A stretch of DNA of 63,907 nt, filler included, from Rhizaria sp. SCN 62-66 (Eukaryota), in the NCBI GenBank assembly GCA_001724265.1. It is 6 parts of 6 records of this genome, joined end to end, with 100 filler letters (N's around TTAATTAATTAA, not from the genome) between each part and the next. Parts side by side here need not be neighbours in the genome. Positions count along the whole stretch, not along the records: positions 35,877 to 46,970 come from MEDY01000550.1; positions 47,071 to 58,162 come from MEDY01000551.1; 4 more parts are not named here. One strand, 5' to 3'. Shown one piece after another: positions 43,112-54,200 of this stretch; position 1 is the first letter of the stretch; the number at the start of each line of letters is the position of its first letter. The notes beneath the pieces are model-generated. The model saw nothing but the letters and a program-made list of their open reading frames with translations, did no database searches and had not been told where the DNA came from. Both the position numbers and the translations under genes were made by a program.

Positions 43112-44569
43112 ATGCTGGCTCGCCACGCACAGAAGCTTTGCCGCGTGACGCAGCAGGGCGCCCGCTCTGTTTCGCTCATGTCCATCCTCACTGGCAAGGG
43201 CCCCGCTGTCAACACCGACATGACCGCTCCCATCGACGTCAACTCGTCCTCGGGCGTCTTCACCGCTGCCCCCGACCACAACGCCGAGGTCACCACCCTC
43301 CCCAACGGCATTAAGGTCGTCACCAAGCAGACCGCGAACCCCGTCGTGAACGTGTCCGTCGTCGTCGACGTTGGCTCCCGCTTCGAGGGCCCCCATGTGG
43401 CCGGTATCACCTCGATCCTCGAGCGCATGTCCATCAAGGGCACCTCCAACCGCTCCGCGTTCCGCCTTGTCCGCGACATGTCCAAGCTTGGCGCTACTGT
43501 CTCCTGCTCTACCTCACGCGAGCACCTCGTCCTCCAGGCCGAGGGTCTCCGCTCGTACACCGACGAGCTCACCGGCGCTCTCGCTGACCTCTACCTCAAC
43601 CCCACTTTCGCTCACCGTGACATCACCTCCGAGGTCGACGGCTATAAGGTCGACAACTCCAACCGCGCCATGATGCCCGACATCCTCATCAACGAGGCCA
43701 TCCACCAGGCTGCGTACGGCGGCGAGGGCCTCGGCGCTCCTCTCTATGCGCCTAACTCCACCCTTGACTCGATCACCCCCGAGCTCCTCTCCGTCTGGCA
43801 CAAGTCCTTCTTCACCCCCGCGCGCACCGTCATCTCCGCTGTCGGCGTCGACCACAAGGCCTTCGTCGGCTCCGTCCGCGAGCTCTTCGCTAATGCGCCC
43901 CGTGACTCCAAAGACGTCGAGAACATCCCTTCGACCTACGTCGGTGGCGAGGTCCGCCAGTCTGACCGCGAGTACGCCGGTATGACCCACATCGCGCTCG
44001 CTTGGGAGGCCCCCTCGATGCGCTCCGAGGACCTTCTTGCCTCGTGCGTTCTGCAGACCCTGATGGGCGGCGGCGGCTCTTTCTCTGCCGGTGGCCCCGG
44101 CAAGGGCATGTACTCGCGCCTCTACCAGCGCGTGCTCGCGGAGCACTCGGCCGTTGACTCGACCCTCGCGTTCCAGAACATCTACACTGACTCTGGTATC
44201 TTCGGCCTCTACGCCGTCGCTGACCCCTCGTTCGCCAAGGCTGCCACTGAGACCCTTGTCAAGATCGCCTCTGACATGGTCACCGTCAACGACACCGAAG
44301 TTGCCCGCGCCAAGAACCAGGTCAAGTGCTCGTTCATGTCGCACCTCGAGTCCCGCGCCCCCCTGGCCGAGGAGATGGCCCGCCACGTCACCGGCTTCGG
44401 CAAGTACGACGGCAAGGCCTTCGTCGCCAAGATCGACGCTGTCACCACCGCTGATGTCCAGAAGGTTGCGAAGAAGATGCTCGCCACCCCGCTCTCGCTC
44501 GCCACCTACGGCAACGCCGTCCAGGTTCCCCGCTACGACGTCATTGACGCCATGCTCAAGGGCAAGTAA
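43112..44569 (+). CDS. PMPCA: Mitochondrial processing peptidase alpha subunit (M16 family)
   Basis: Presequence; VTTLPNGIKV; glycine-rich loop MGGGGSFSAGGPGKGMYSRLY; no HxxEH (TSILER instead); strong codon bias; TAA stop. Confidence 0.95.
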   Translation: MLARHAQKLCRVTQQGARSVSLMSILTGKGPAVNTDMTAPIDVNSSSGVFTAAPDHNAEVTTLPNGIKVVTKQTANPVVNVSVVVDVGSRFEGPHVAGITSILERMSIKGTSNRSAFRLVRDMSKLGATVSCSTSREHLVLQAEGLRSYTDELTGALADLYLNPTFAHRDITSEVDGYKVDNSNRAMMPDILINEAIHQAAYGGEGLGAPLYAPNSTLDSITPELLSVWHKSFFTPARTVISAVGVDHKAFVGSVRELFANAPRDSKDVENIPSTYVGGEVRQSDREYAGMTHIALAWEAPSMRSEDLLASCVLQTLMGGGGSFSAGGPGKGMYSRLYQRVLAEHSAVDSTLAFQNIYTDSGIFGLYAVADPSFAKAATETLVKIASDMVTVNDTEVARAKNQVKCSFMSHLESRAPLAEEMARHVTGFGKYDGKAFVAKIDAVTTADVQKVAKKMLATPLSLATYGNAVQVPRYDVIDAMLKGK

Positions 44570-46755
44570 GTTCGCGGCACACGCACACGCACACAGCTCG
44601 CAGTAAGTAAGCAATAAGCAAGGAAGCTGCTGCACAAATCGCCTCAGCAAGCAAACAACGAGCGGGCTACATTCACCACTATAAAAACACATGGCATAAG
44701 CTGTGGTGAGAGTGCATGAATTATCGACTCGTTTGTGGTTCGCGGAGTTTGTAGCAGCTTCTTATATTCTGTGTTTTTATTTTTTGGCGTCGTCATATGC
44801 AGAGTTTCAGCAAGGTGGGAAAAAGACAACATTTACACACACACACACAACAATATCTCTAAAACAATAACAAAAAATGGGGGGCGCTGTTGCGCCGCGG
44901 TACATCAACCGTGGCGCCGCAGCATCCTTGCTGTGGACAGCAATGTCCGCCGTATTTTATTCGCCGTGGGGTGGCGGAGTTCGAGGACGGTGCCCGGCCG
45001 TTTGCCGGCTCGTCCCGCTTGTCATCGTGTGGCACAGGTTCTGACACAACTGCTTTCTCTTAAGGGGGGCGGCAGAAATACAAGACTTTATCTAATACCA
45101 ACCAACCAACCAGCCTCGTGTTTAATCCTGCCCGCTCATATCATGCTTCAGTGATAGGGGTATACTTTTGTTAAGAATTCAATGTATCAAGCAGCAACGT
45201 GCTGTGACTCGTCTATATTGTACTGAAACAAACCCCGGATACGCAATAATAGATTCTATATGATTAAACAATAACAATTGACAATAAGCAGATCACAAAA
45301 CACAAGTAACGATGTGATATACGATATGTAGACTCCGATGATATGCGCTGCGAGTCCCAACAATGACATGCACTGCGTATGATCAATATTTGGTGAGTTT
45401 CCAACCACGCAGCAGTGGCACTAGCCGGTCGCGCGCGCTTTGCTGTCCTTCCTTCAGCCAGCAAGGTGGGTTTTTGGGTGTGCGCGCTTCAGGTTATGTT
45501 TTTAGGTGGCTACGGTGCGCAAAATATTGAGCCGGAGTGCACAGCACTGAGGGTGTCACTGGAACTCACGGCAGAACGTGAGAGGGTATAGCATATCAAT
45601 GATGATGTGATATGGAGAGCTTGTTGTGGCTTAACTAGTAAGCTTCGCGCGTCGTGACGACAAAATGAATCAAACGGACAGTGGGATTGCAGACAACGAG
45701 TCATGAAGCATGTTATGCTCAAACATGCTTTCACGGAGAGCAGAACATTAATTATTTTTATTTTTATTTTTACCAAATAAAAATTAAACCACGAATTCGT
45801 GACTAGCAAACACACGAGCAAACATAGGCGTGATAGAACGGAGCAGAAACACAGAAGACAAAGACAGGAAAACAGACAAGTAGGGAGGTAGACAGACGTG
45901 CGTGCAAATAGTAAGACACGACGTAAAAAACACACACGCACAACAACAGAGAAAACAAAAAATGTTGATGAGAGAGAAAGAGAGAACGAGAGCGAGGAAG
46001 AGAGAGGACGGCTACGAAGAGCAGTGGAGAGAAAGCTTTTGGCGGCTGCAATCGAGCGTACCCGACTTGACTTGACTCGACTCGCTTGGAGGCTTGTCGA
46101 CCATAGAAGACCTGCTTAAGATCGGGGGCTGGCCGTACGGCAACAGTCGAGTCCAGTCGACACAGTCTTGGCGACGAGTTCACAAGGGACCCCACACCAC
46201 ACGGGCTGATCGATCAGTCGCAACACAGTCTATTGACGACAGTACACAGGGACGGTCGAAGCGTGATGTGTGACTGCGACTGAGACGCGTTGTGACCGAA
46301 AGAACAGGGCGTGGGTGGAGAGATAGGTAGATGATGAGATAGAGAGATCGAGATCGAGATAGATACGACGCGTCGACGGTCTAGGACGACACAGCGGTGC
46401 ATCAAGCATGAACCGCGCGAGAGCAGACAGCGGGCAATAGTAGTAGAGAGCGAGAAAACGACGTTGACAGCAGAGACAACAGGCAGCGGACATGCGACAC
46501 ACCCCATCACGTGAAAAACCAGCAAAGCGAAGCAAGAGCAAAGCAAAGCAAAAAGAAGCAGAGCTCAGTGAAGCGAGACAAGAGGCTTGAATACATTACA
46601 CAAAATACAAATCAATAAAAAACAAAAACGAAAACCCAGTCAATATGAACAGGAGCGACAGCCATGGACAGACATGTAGACAACCAAACAACAAAAAAAA
46701 AAACACACAAATAGACGTCGGAGACGGATAGACCGTGACAACAATCAACAACAAG

Positions 46756-46875
46756 CGCGACAGATAACAACGCGACACATAACAACGCGACAGATAACAA
46801 CGCGACAGATAACAACGCGACAGATAACAATGCGACAGATAACAACGCGACAGATAACAACGCGACAGATAACAA
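46756..46875. repeat. 15-bp minisatellite (CGCGACAGATAACAA)8
   Basis: Eight copies, two with single substitutions. Confidence 0.95.
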
Positions 46876-46878
46876 CGC

Positions 46879-46970
<92 letters not shown>
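46879..46970. repeat. (GACA)n microsatellite at the contig end
   Basis: Read directly; likely cause of the assembly break. Confidence 0.95.
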
Positions 46971-47070
46971 NNNNNNNNNNNNNNNNNNNNNNNNNNNNNN
47001 NNNNNNNNNNNNNNTTAATTAATTAANNNNNNNNNNNNNNNNNNNNNNNNNNNNNNNNNNNNNNNNNNNN
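46971..47070. other. Artificial contig linker
   Basis: 44N-TTAATTAATTAA-44N. Confidence 0.98.
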
Positions 47071-47071
47071 C

Positions 47072-47203
47072 GGTGACCCGCTCAAGGACACCTCCGGCCC
47101 TGCCATCAACATCCTCATCAAGCTCTCGGCCATTATCTCTGTCGTGTTCGCTCCTTCCTTCCCCAAGGAGGGCTGGCTCGTGCAGCTCTTCAACAAGTTC
47201 TAA
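47072..47203 (+). CDS. Membrane H+-translocating pyrophosphatase (V-PPase), C-terminal fragment
   Basis: [28 protein letters not shown] family signature, then TAA; absent from the ORF track. Confidence 0.92.
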   Translation, partial: GDPLKDTSGPAINILIKLSAIISVVFAPSFPKEGWLVQLFNKF

Positions 47204-48017
47204 GTTGTTTAACAACAATACTTAGCGCATGTTGAAGTTCCATTGCGCTCTTGCGCCCGCTTTTGTAAACTTTAATACCATGCATTTGTGTGTTGTTGAG
47301 TTTGTGAGTGCGAGTGTGAGAGCGCGGTGGTGTCTAGTTGTTTGATCTTCATAACGTCGTCAATCAATTAATCTTCCTCAATATCTCTTCTTTTACGTCA
47401 TCTTCTCCTTCATTTTCTGTTTTGCGCTGCACTGGTGTCCGCGGCGCGCTTGTGGTATCGACAATCGCCCTCAACCCGCGAGCTGCATTGATGCTCTTGT
47501 CCGCGTCGCGGTCGCCACGTTTCGTGAAATACAATCAGGCCTTATTATTATTCGACTAAAGTATAGCTCGCGGACTATCATCAAATGTAAAGCTTGTGAA
47601 CTGCTCATTTTCTGTGATCCTAACTAGTTAAGTTGATACTGTTATGATGAAGTGATTTGTGTATTGCAATGTTTGTAATGTGGATTGGTTACCACAAAGG
47701 AGGCTTAGACACATGCGCGTCTATGCTTGTCGATGTTATTTGTTGCTATACATACGTAAAGATCAGACTATATATGGAGCAAGCGGCAGCGTGCTCGCTT
47801 CCGAACAGAAAGACGGACAACTGCCTTCGCAAAGTGATTATGTCTACATACGCGAAATAAAAGGCATATGAGAGCACACTTTGCGTGATTATGTTGATTG
47901 CGTGACTATGAGTGCGCGACAGTGCGTTCTCGCGCTCTCTCAGAGTTCTGCATATCAAGAGATTGATGAACTAAGCGCAAACACTGAGCGCAACAACCGA
48001 CCGACAGTTGTGCGTAC

Positions 48018-48726
48018 TTACTTCGCGGGGGGCGCCATGCCCGCCGCGGCCTCCGACTCGCGGACCGAGTAGGGCTTCTCGAGCGCCAGCTTAAGCTCGC
48101 GCTTGTGTTGCGAGGTCTTGCAGTGCTCGGCGAGGACCTGGCGCGAAATGAAGTAGCGCGCACACGACATGCAGTAGTACTGGCCCATGCCGGGCAACTT
48201 CTCGTCCAGAGGAAGCGGAATCGGCTTCTTCATCTCGTCCTGGATCTGGTCAAGATCTTTGCGGCGGTTGGAGATCTAAGTGAGGGAGCGCGGTGTTGCG
48301 ATGGCAGACGGAGATAGGGACAAACGCGGGAGAGCGAGGGCGGATAAGACCGGACAGAGCGAAACAGGAGTGAGGAGGGTGAGCACGAGGAAGTATAAAT
48401 AGAAAGAAAATTAGGGCTAAAGGACTTAAAAACAGTGTGCTAACAAATAAAAGGTCACAAAGGCATCGTATAAAGAGCGCTCATGTTTCAAGTCGCGGTA
48501 TGTGTTCGTAGCGGCGTCGAAAGTGCTGGAAGAGAAGTGTCGCTCAAAGCAGCAGGGCGACATGGTTGCGGCGCGGCAGCGGGCTCTAGCGGAGTCAGAG
48601 CAGCACTAGAGCGTGCGTGGGGGTAAGATTAAGCGAGATAAGAGAGGGGCGTAGAGAACGAACCTTGCGGAGACGCTTCTCGACCTTGTTGGCCGCGTGG
48701 GTGTTCTTCGGGCGGTGGCGACCCAT
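48018..48726 (-). CDS. ZNF593: ZNF593/Bud20 C2H2 ribosome-biogenesis protein (exons 48726-48664, 48275-48018)
   Basis: MGRHRPKNTH..RK-ISNRRKDLDQIQDE..LPGMGQYYCMSCARYF..HCKTSQHKR..PYS..AAAG. Confidence 0.92.
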
Positions 48727-49042
48727 GGGTTAGAGGCTGTGGGTCGGTGCGGGACGGCAAGCCGGTCAAGAGGAAGAAAAGACAGATGAGCTGAGGATAA
48801 TTAAAGAAATATGTCACAGAAAGAAACATGAAACAATTCAAACACAACTTTACTCGCAAAACTACGGTCATTATTCCGCAACGCAGATTGCTGAAATTCT
48901 CCGCCACAAAGCTTCTCTTCCTCCACTTTCGCTTGGGCATTGACCGTGAGCCCAGTCAAATCAAGCCGCTCACAGTCCACCACCGACCGACCGAACAACC
49001 GACCGACCACATCGACCACCAGCCTAGTCGCTCGGGCTCGTC

Positions 49043-50144
49043 ATGTCGAGTGTGAGCTCTGGCTGGGCGTGCTGCAGCTCAGTCTCCTACATCCCCTCTT
49101 CGTGTTTATCTTACGTAATAGTAGAAGACAAATTAAAAAATGACGGATTCGGTACGTACAAAATTCTGGTTCTATTCGCGGTCACCTTACATGTGTATTG
49201 ATAACTTTTGGGTTGGCCACGTCGCTCACTCAACGTCTTCTGCTCACCCCCTCCTTACCTTGCTGCCTGCCCGCTTTCGTGCCCCACAGGCGTCTTCACA
49301 GGCCGCGATGGTCAAGGCCCTCTGCGTGGGCAACGTCTACTGCGGCAAAACCAGCCTGGTGAAGCGTTACACGCGTAACACGTTCTCGCACGGTTACACC
49401 ACCTCTATCGGTGTCGACTTCATGCTCAAGAACCTCACCATCGACGGTCAGGCCGTCAAGATCCAGGTCTGGGATGTTGGTACGTTACAGAAACACACCA
49501 TTACACTCATTCTACTTTTCTATGCTGTTTTTATTCCATCCATGTGCTCTCTTGGTGCGCAATCCGCGCCCCTCCTTGGCCACCACTCGTTTGCTTGCGC
49601 TCACCCTGACTTGCTGTCCCTGTCTCTCCTCGCTTTCCCTTGCCCTCCCACAGCCGGCCAGGACCGCTTCGCGGGGCTCTCACGCGCATTCTACATGTTC
49701 TCCAACGGCGCGATTGTGGTCTTCGATCTGGGCGACCGCGCGTCGTTCGAAGCCGCGGCCCGCTGGAAGCGCGACATCGACGACAAGATCGAGCTCCGCA
49801 ACGGCCTCAAGGTTCCCGTCCTGCTGCTGGGCAACAAGTGCGACCTCTACAAGGACGCCGGCGCCGGCGGCGACCAGCCCTGCGTGACTGAGGCGCAGAT
49901 CCAGGCCTTCGTCAAGGAGCACAACTTCTTCAAGTACTACCCTGTCTCTGCGCTCGACGGCACCAACGTCGCCATGGCCGTCGACGACCTGGTGCGCGAG
50001 ATCGTGCGCCGCACACAGCTGCCCGCCGACCCCGCCTCGGGCGCCGCCGACAGCATGACTGCGGAGCGCTACCACAACCCCACTGGCGAGAGCAAAGGTG
50101 TTCCCGTCAAGGCCGAGTCCGAGCAGTCCGGCGGCTGCTGCTAA
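49043..50144 (+). CDS. Rab GTPase, Rab32/38/29-like (exons 49043-49051, 49290-49479, 49654-50144)
   Basis: GNVYCGKTS, TSIGVDF, spliced WDVAGQDRF, WKRDIDDK..PVLLLGNKCD, SAL and C-terminal GGCC. The first micro-exon is tentative. Confidence 0.88.
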
Positions 50145-50665
50145 GCTGCAGCGAAAGCTTAAGGCGCACTGCGATGATACCAGTGTTCGAAGCCGAGTCT
50201 CGTTTTGTATTGTCATGCGGCGTTGTTTTGCTTTCAATAGGTAACGCTGTGTCATTTTTTGATGTCTTTTTTGTTAGTTTTTCATTCTTTTATTGTTGTC
50301 GCTGCAGTAGTTTCTGCTGCTGCGCCATCGCTGTTTTGCTTCCTGTTGGTTGTTTTCTTTAATTTCTCGTCCGTTCCCCTGTTTGTTCGCGCTCAACTCT
50401 GTCGCCGTCGCCGTCGCTGTGACACCGAGCCCGCTGTGGCTGAGTGGACTCCGACCGCGATCGCGACCGCTTGGTGTGCCACTGCGACTACGACTGCGAC
50501 TGTGAACTGTGACCGTGTACTCGCATCATTTATAGTGAGTGCCGTCTCGTTGTTGACTGCCTTTTAACACGGTCACCGAACAGACGCAATATTACACGCG
50601 CACACTCGCATCGCGGGACAACACTGCGCAGCGGCAGTACACAGGCACGGCTCTAGTCACGCACA

Positions 50666-50725
50666 GTTAATTCCAAGCCTGTGTTTGCCGCCGTTGTTAA
50701 TTCCAAGCCTGTGTTTGCCGCCGTT
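50666..50725. repeat. Perfect 30-bp tandem duplication
   Basis: GTTAATTCCAAGCCTGTGTTTGCCGCCGTT x2. Confidence 0.9.
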
Positions 50726-51268
50726 GCTTTTATGAGCAACCCCCAGTAGTGCTTCAACACACTGGGGATATTTTCGTTTTTCTTTGTATACTCACGTCTC
50801 GTCCAAGTACAGACTCGCTTCATTATAAATACATACTTTAGTCTTTCTACGATATTGCTTTGAGCTTAATATAGGAATGTTTTGTTTGCCAGAAACTGAC
50901 ATGTAATTTTTTAGAGACGTTACAGTTGGCTTTCGGTTTGCAGGCTGAGGTTTGAATTTTGACTCTCAAAGCAGTACTTGTGTGACACACAGTCTCCGTT
51001 AATCTCAACTGCGATGCATGATTGGGAATTAAAGATACAGTGTACTATCAAAGCTGTTATTATATTTCTGCAGCTGTCGTTTGTCATATCAAGAACACAT
51101 CTTTTTTATCTCACCTTTCTATGCGTTTTTTGTCACCTACTCCTTCCTTCTTTCAAAGGCTGCGCACTTCTGCAGCACTTATTTCGGTTTTTAACCGCCA
51201 TTTGAAACACGCCGATAACTATAGTCATCTACACCTGACCTAGTATTTGATTATCGCCGCTCTCACCC

Positions 51269-54200
51269 ATGTCGTCCCGGGTGACGTCCCCGGCCTCGGA
51301 GGCTCCACCTCCACAGTTGTCGCCGCCGGCTCTCGAGACGCCTGCCGCAGCGGTCCCAGCCTCGCGCTCGTCCTCCGTGGCGCCACCTTCTACTGCAGGC
51401 CCGATGCTCCCGCAGCGCCCCGACGCGGCCTTGAGCAACAACCGCCTCGCGCCGCTGCGCCCGTCAGACTCCTCGCGCTCCTCAGCAGCGGCCCCGTCAA
51501 CTGCAGCAGCGACGTCTAGTTCGAACACTGGTGCGCAGCCCCTAGCCCCTGCACAGCCACTGCGCCGCACCGTGTCTTTTGCGCCTGACGTTGTCGGCGG
51601 CAGCGGCAACAGCAGCGGCACCGGGATTAGTTCAGACTCGCACAGTCTCGAAATGACACCATTACGCTCACAACCTCAGCCGCAGTCAAAACCACCGCCA
51701 GCGCAGGCACAGACGCACTCCGACTCGCTCTTGCTTTCACAGTCCCTCTCAAATCTCGACCAGAGACATGGAAAAAATGCCCAGAGTCACAGTGAGAGCC
51801 GAGGCGTGGCCACTCTGTCGCCGTCAACTTCGCAGTCGCGCTTGCAGCCGTCATCCTCTCTGTCGCCGTCCACCAGCGCCGCTGCCGCGGGCGCCCCGAC
51901 GCCGCTGGCGCAGGCGCGCTCGCTGTCGCTGCTGCAGGAGCGCGCCGCCGCCGAGACCGCCGCGGGGGCCGTCGCGCTGGACCCGCTGCCGCGCGCGCGG
52001 GCCGTGGAGGCGCCCTGGGAGGTGTCGGGCGAGTCGTACACGTTGCTCCCGCTGCCGCTGGGCACGGCCACGGCGGCGGACGCCGAGGCGGACATCCTGC
52101 GCCGCAAGGCCGGCGGCACCGGCGCTGCTGGTGCCTTCGTGGACCGGGGTCGGGGTCGGGAGCCGCTTGGTCTGCGGCCGCAGCACCACGACGGCAGCAG
52201 CAACGAGACCGCGACGCCACAGCCGCAGGCACAGGTGCATCCACAGCAGCATTATCAGCTGTACGCGGCGCAGACGCAGGTGCAGGCGCAGTTGCAGCAG
52301 CACCAGCAGCTCCAGTACCAGCTTCAGCTCCAAAACGCGCTCGCACACAGCGCACACAGCGCGGGGACCGCCACTGGCGCTGGCATTGCGGATGACGACG
52401 GGAGCGTGACGGGCGACGACGACGGCGACGCGGAGGCCGGCGGCACTCGCGGCGTCGGGCAGCTGCAGAAGCCCGCCGCGGGTGCCAAAAGTACCACAGG
52501 TATCACAGGTACCGGTGGCGCTGGCAAGACGGTGTTTGCGCCAGCGCCCGTGTCCGCGATGCCCGCGACCGCGCCGGACTCGTGGCAGGGGCTGCAGGCC
52601 CCGCGCTACACCGACGTCGCGGCCGCCATTGTGGCTACGGTTGCGCTCGCCGCGGAGGTTTTCTTTACGGTCTGGCTCTGGTACGACCACAGGGAGCTCG
52701 GCGCGCGCGCGGGCGCGGTCGTGGCGCTCGTTGCCACCCTCCTGCTCACGGTCATCGCCACGGTCCGTTACAAACTCACGATATGTATATCACTCGCTAT
52801 TCTTGATAACTATCTCCGTAGTGTTTTTTATTTGGTGGTTTATCTAACAATTATCTTTGTTTTATTTCATATTGCTTTGCTTTTTGCGTCGCCTACAGAC
52901 GGTGATTTGGCGAATGGAGTCGTCCCCGTTGCCGCACTTTCCCTACTGGCGGCGCGCGCACCCGGTCTCTTCGTGGACGCACCTGCTGGCCTCGCTCTTC
53001 CTGTCGCTCTACTACTCGGCGCAGATGTGTTCGCACGTTGCGCTGTCGCCCGCCGTGCGCGCGCCACTGTCGGCCCGCGCGCGCGACGCGCAGATCCCCA
53101 TCGCCGCGGCCGCGGAGACGGTGCTGCGCCACGGCGCCTTCGCCGGGCTCGCGCTCTGGCAGACGCTCGCCGTCCACAGCGAGAACAGTGGCAGCAGCGG
53201 CAGCAGCGGCAGCAGCAGCGCCGGCGCGAGGCTGAGCGTGGACGTGGGCAGCTTCCTCCCCTCTGTCCCAGCCTCGCAGCGCTTCATCCTGCCCCTCGTC
53301 CCCTGCGTGCTCTGCTTTGCGGCCGTGCTCTACCTGCTGGTCCTCCGCCCGATCCTGCGCGCGTGCGTGGAGGAGCCCGCGGCGCGGCCGATTGCACCGC
53401 TGCCGCGCGACGCCTGCCCCGCGCCCGCGCCTGCCACCGCAGCGCTGCACTTCGACCGTACGTACCCCTACTCACACCCTTTCGCCGTCGCCGCGGGCGT
53501 CGCCGCGCCCGCAGCCGCGTCCCCCCACGCCAGTAATGCGGGCACAGTAGGCGCGGGCGCTGCGGGCGGTGTGCTGGCGTCGGCGCCGGCGGGCGCGGAC
53601 GCGCTGGGGCAGCCCAACGACGCGTACCAGCGCACGCGCCTGCAGTGGGCTATGCACGCCGCCGGGGCCGCCGCTGCCAAGAACGCGGCGGCCGCCGCCG
53701 CAGCCGAGGGCGCGGGCACGGGCGCGACGGCGATTGAGGCCGCGGCGGCGCTGTCGGCGCTGCCCGCGCTGCCCTCGGGCTCAGAGCTCTTCTACGCCAA
53801 CGCGCCGACCTACACCGCCACGAGCATAGTCGCGGCCGAGGGCGGCGGGGCCGGCGCCGCGGGGGGCGCGCTGGGGACCGAGGCGGAGCGCGAGGAGCGC
53901 GCGCGCGTGCAGACGCAGCACGCGGCCGCGCTGGCGCACGTCGGCGACCTCGCACAAGTCCCTGCCCCCGCCCCCGATATTGTAGCAGGGGACTCGGCGG
54001 ACGCTGAGGCGGCCGCGGTGCCGCACGGCGGCGTCGACCCGGCCGTGGACGCCGCGGCCGCGGAGGCGTTCATGCGCGCCTACTACGGCGGCGACTTGAC
54101 GGGCCCCGGCGGTGCTGGTGGGGGCTTGATGGGGGACCTGCCGGCGCACCCGGCCTCGCTGTCGCTGCTGGCGGGGCCCGGCGTGGGCGTGGTGCCCGCC

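Noticed and set aside
43514-44692. Long antisense ORFs over MPP alpha and other GC-rich genes
   Set aside because: Shadow ORFs produced by high GC and codon bias; no motifs
46756-46875. CRISPR-like array
   Set aside because: Head-to-tail 15-mers with no spacers, in a eukaryotic context
49480-49653. 58-aa insertion in the Rab switch region shown by the ORF track
   Set aside because: It is a stop-free 174-nt GTACGT..CAG intron; removing it restores WDVAGQ
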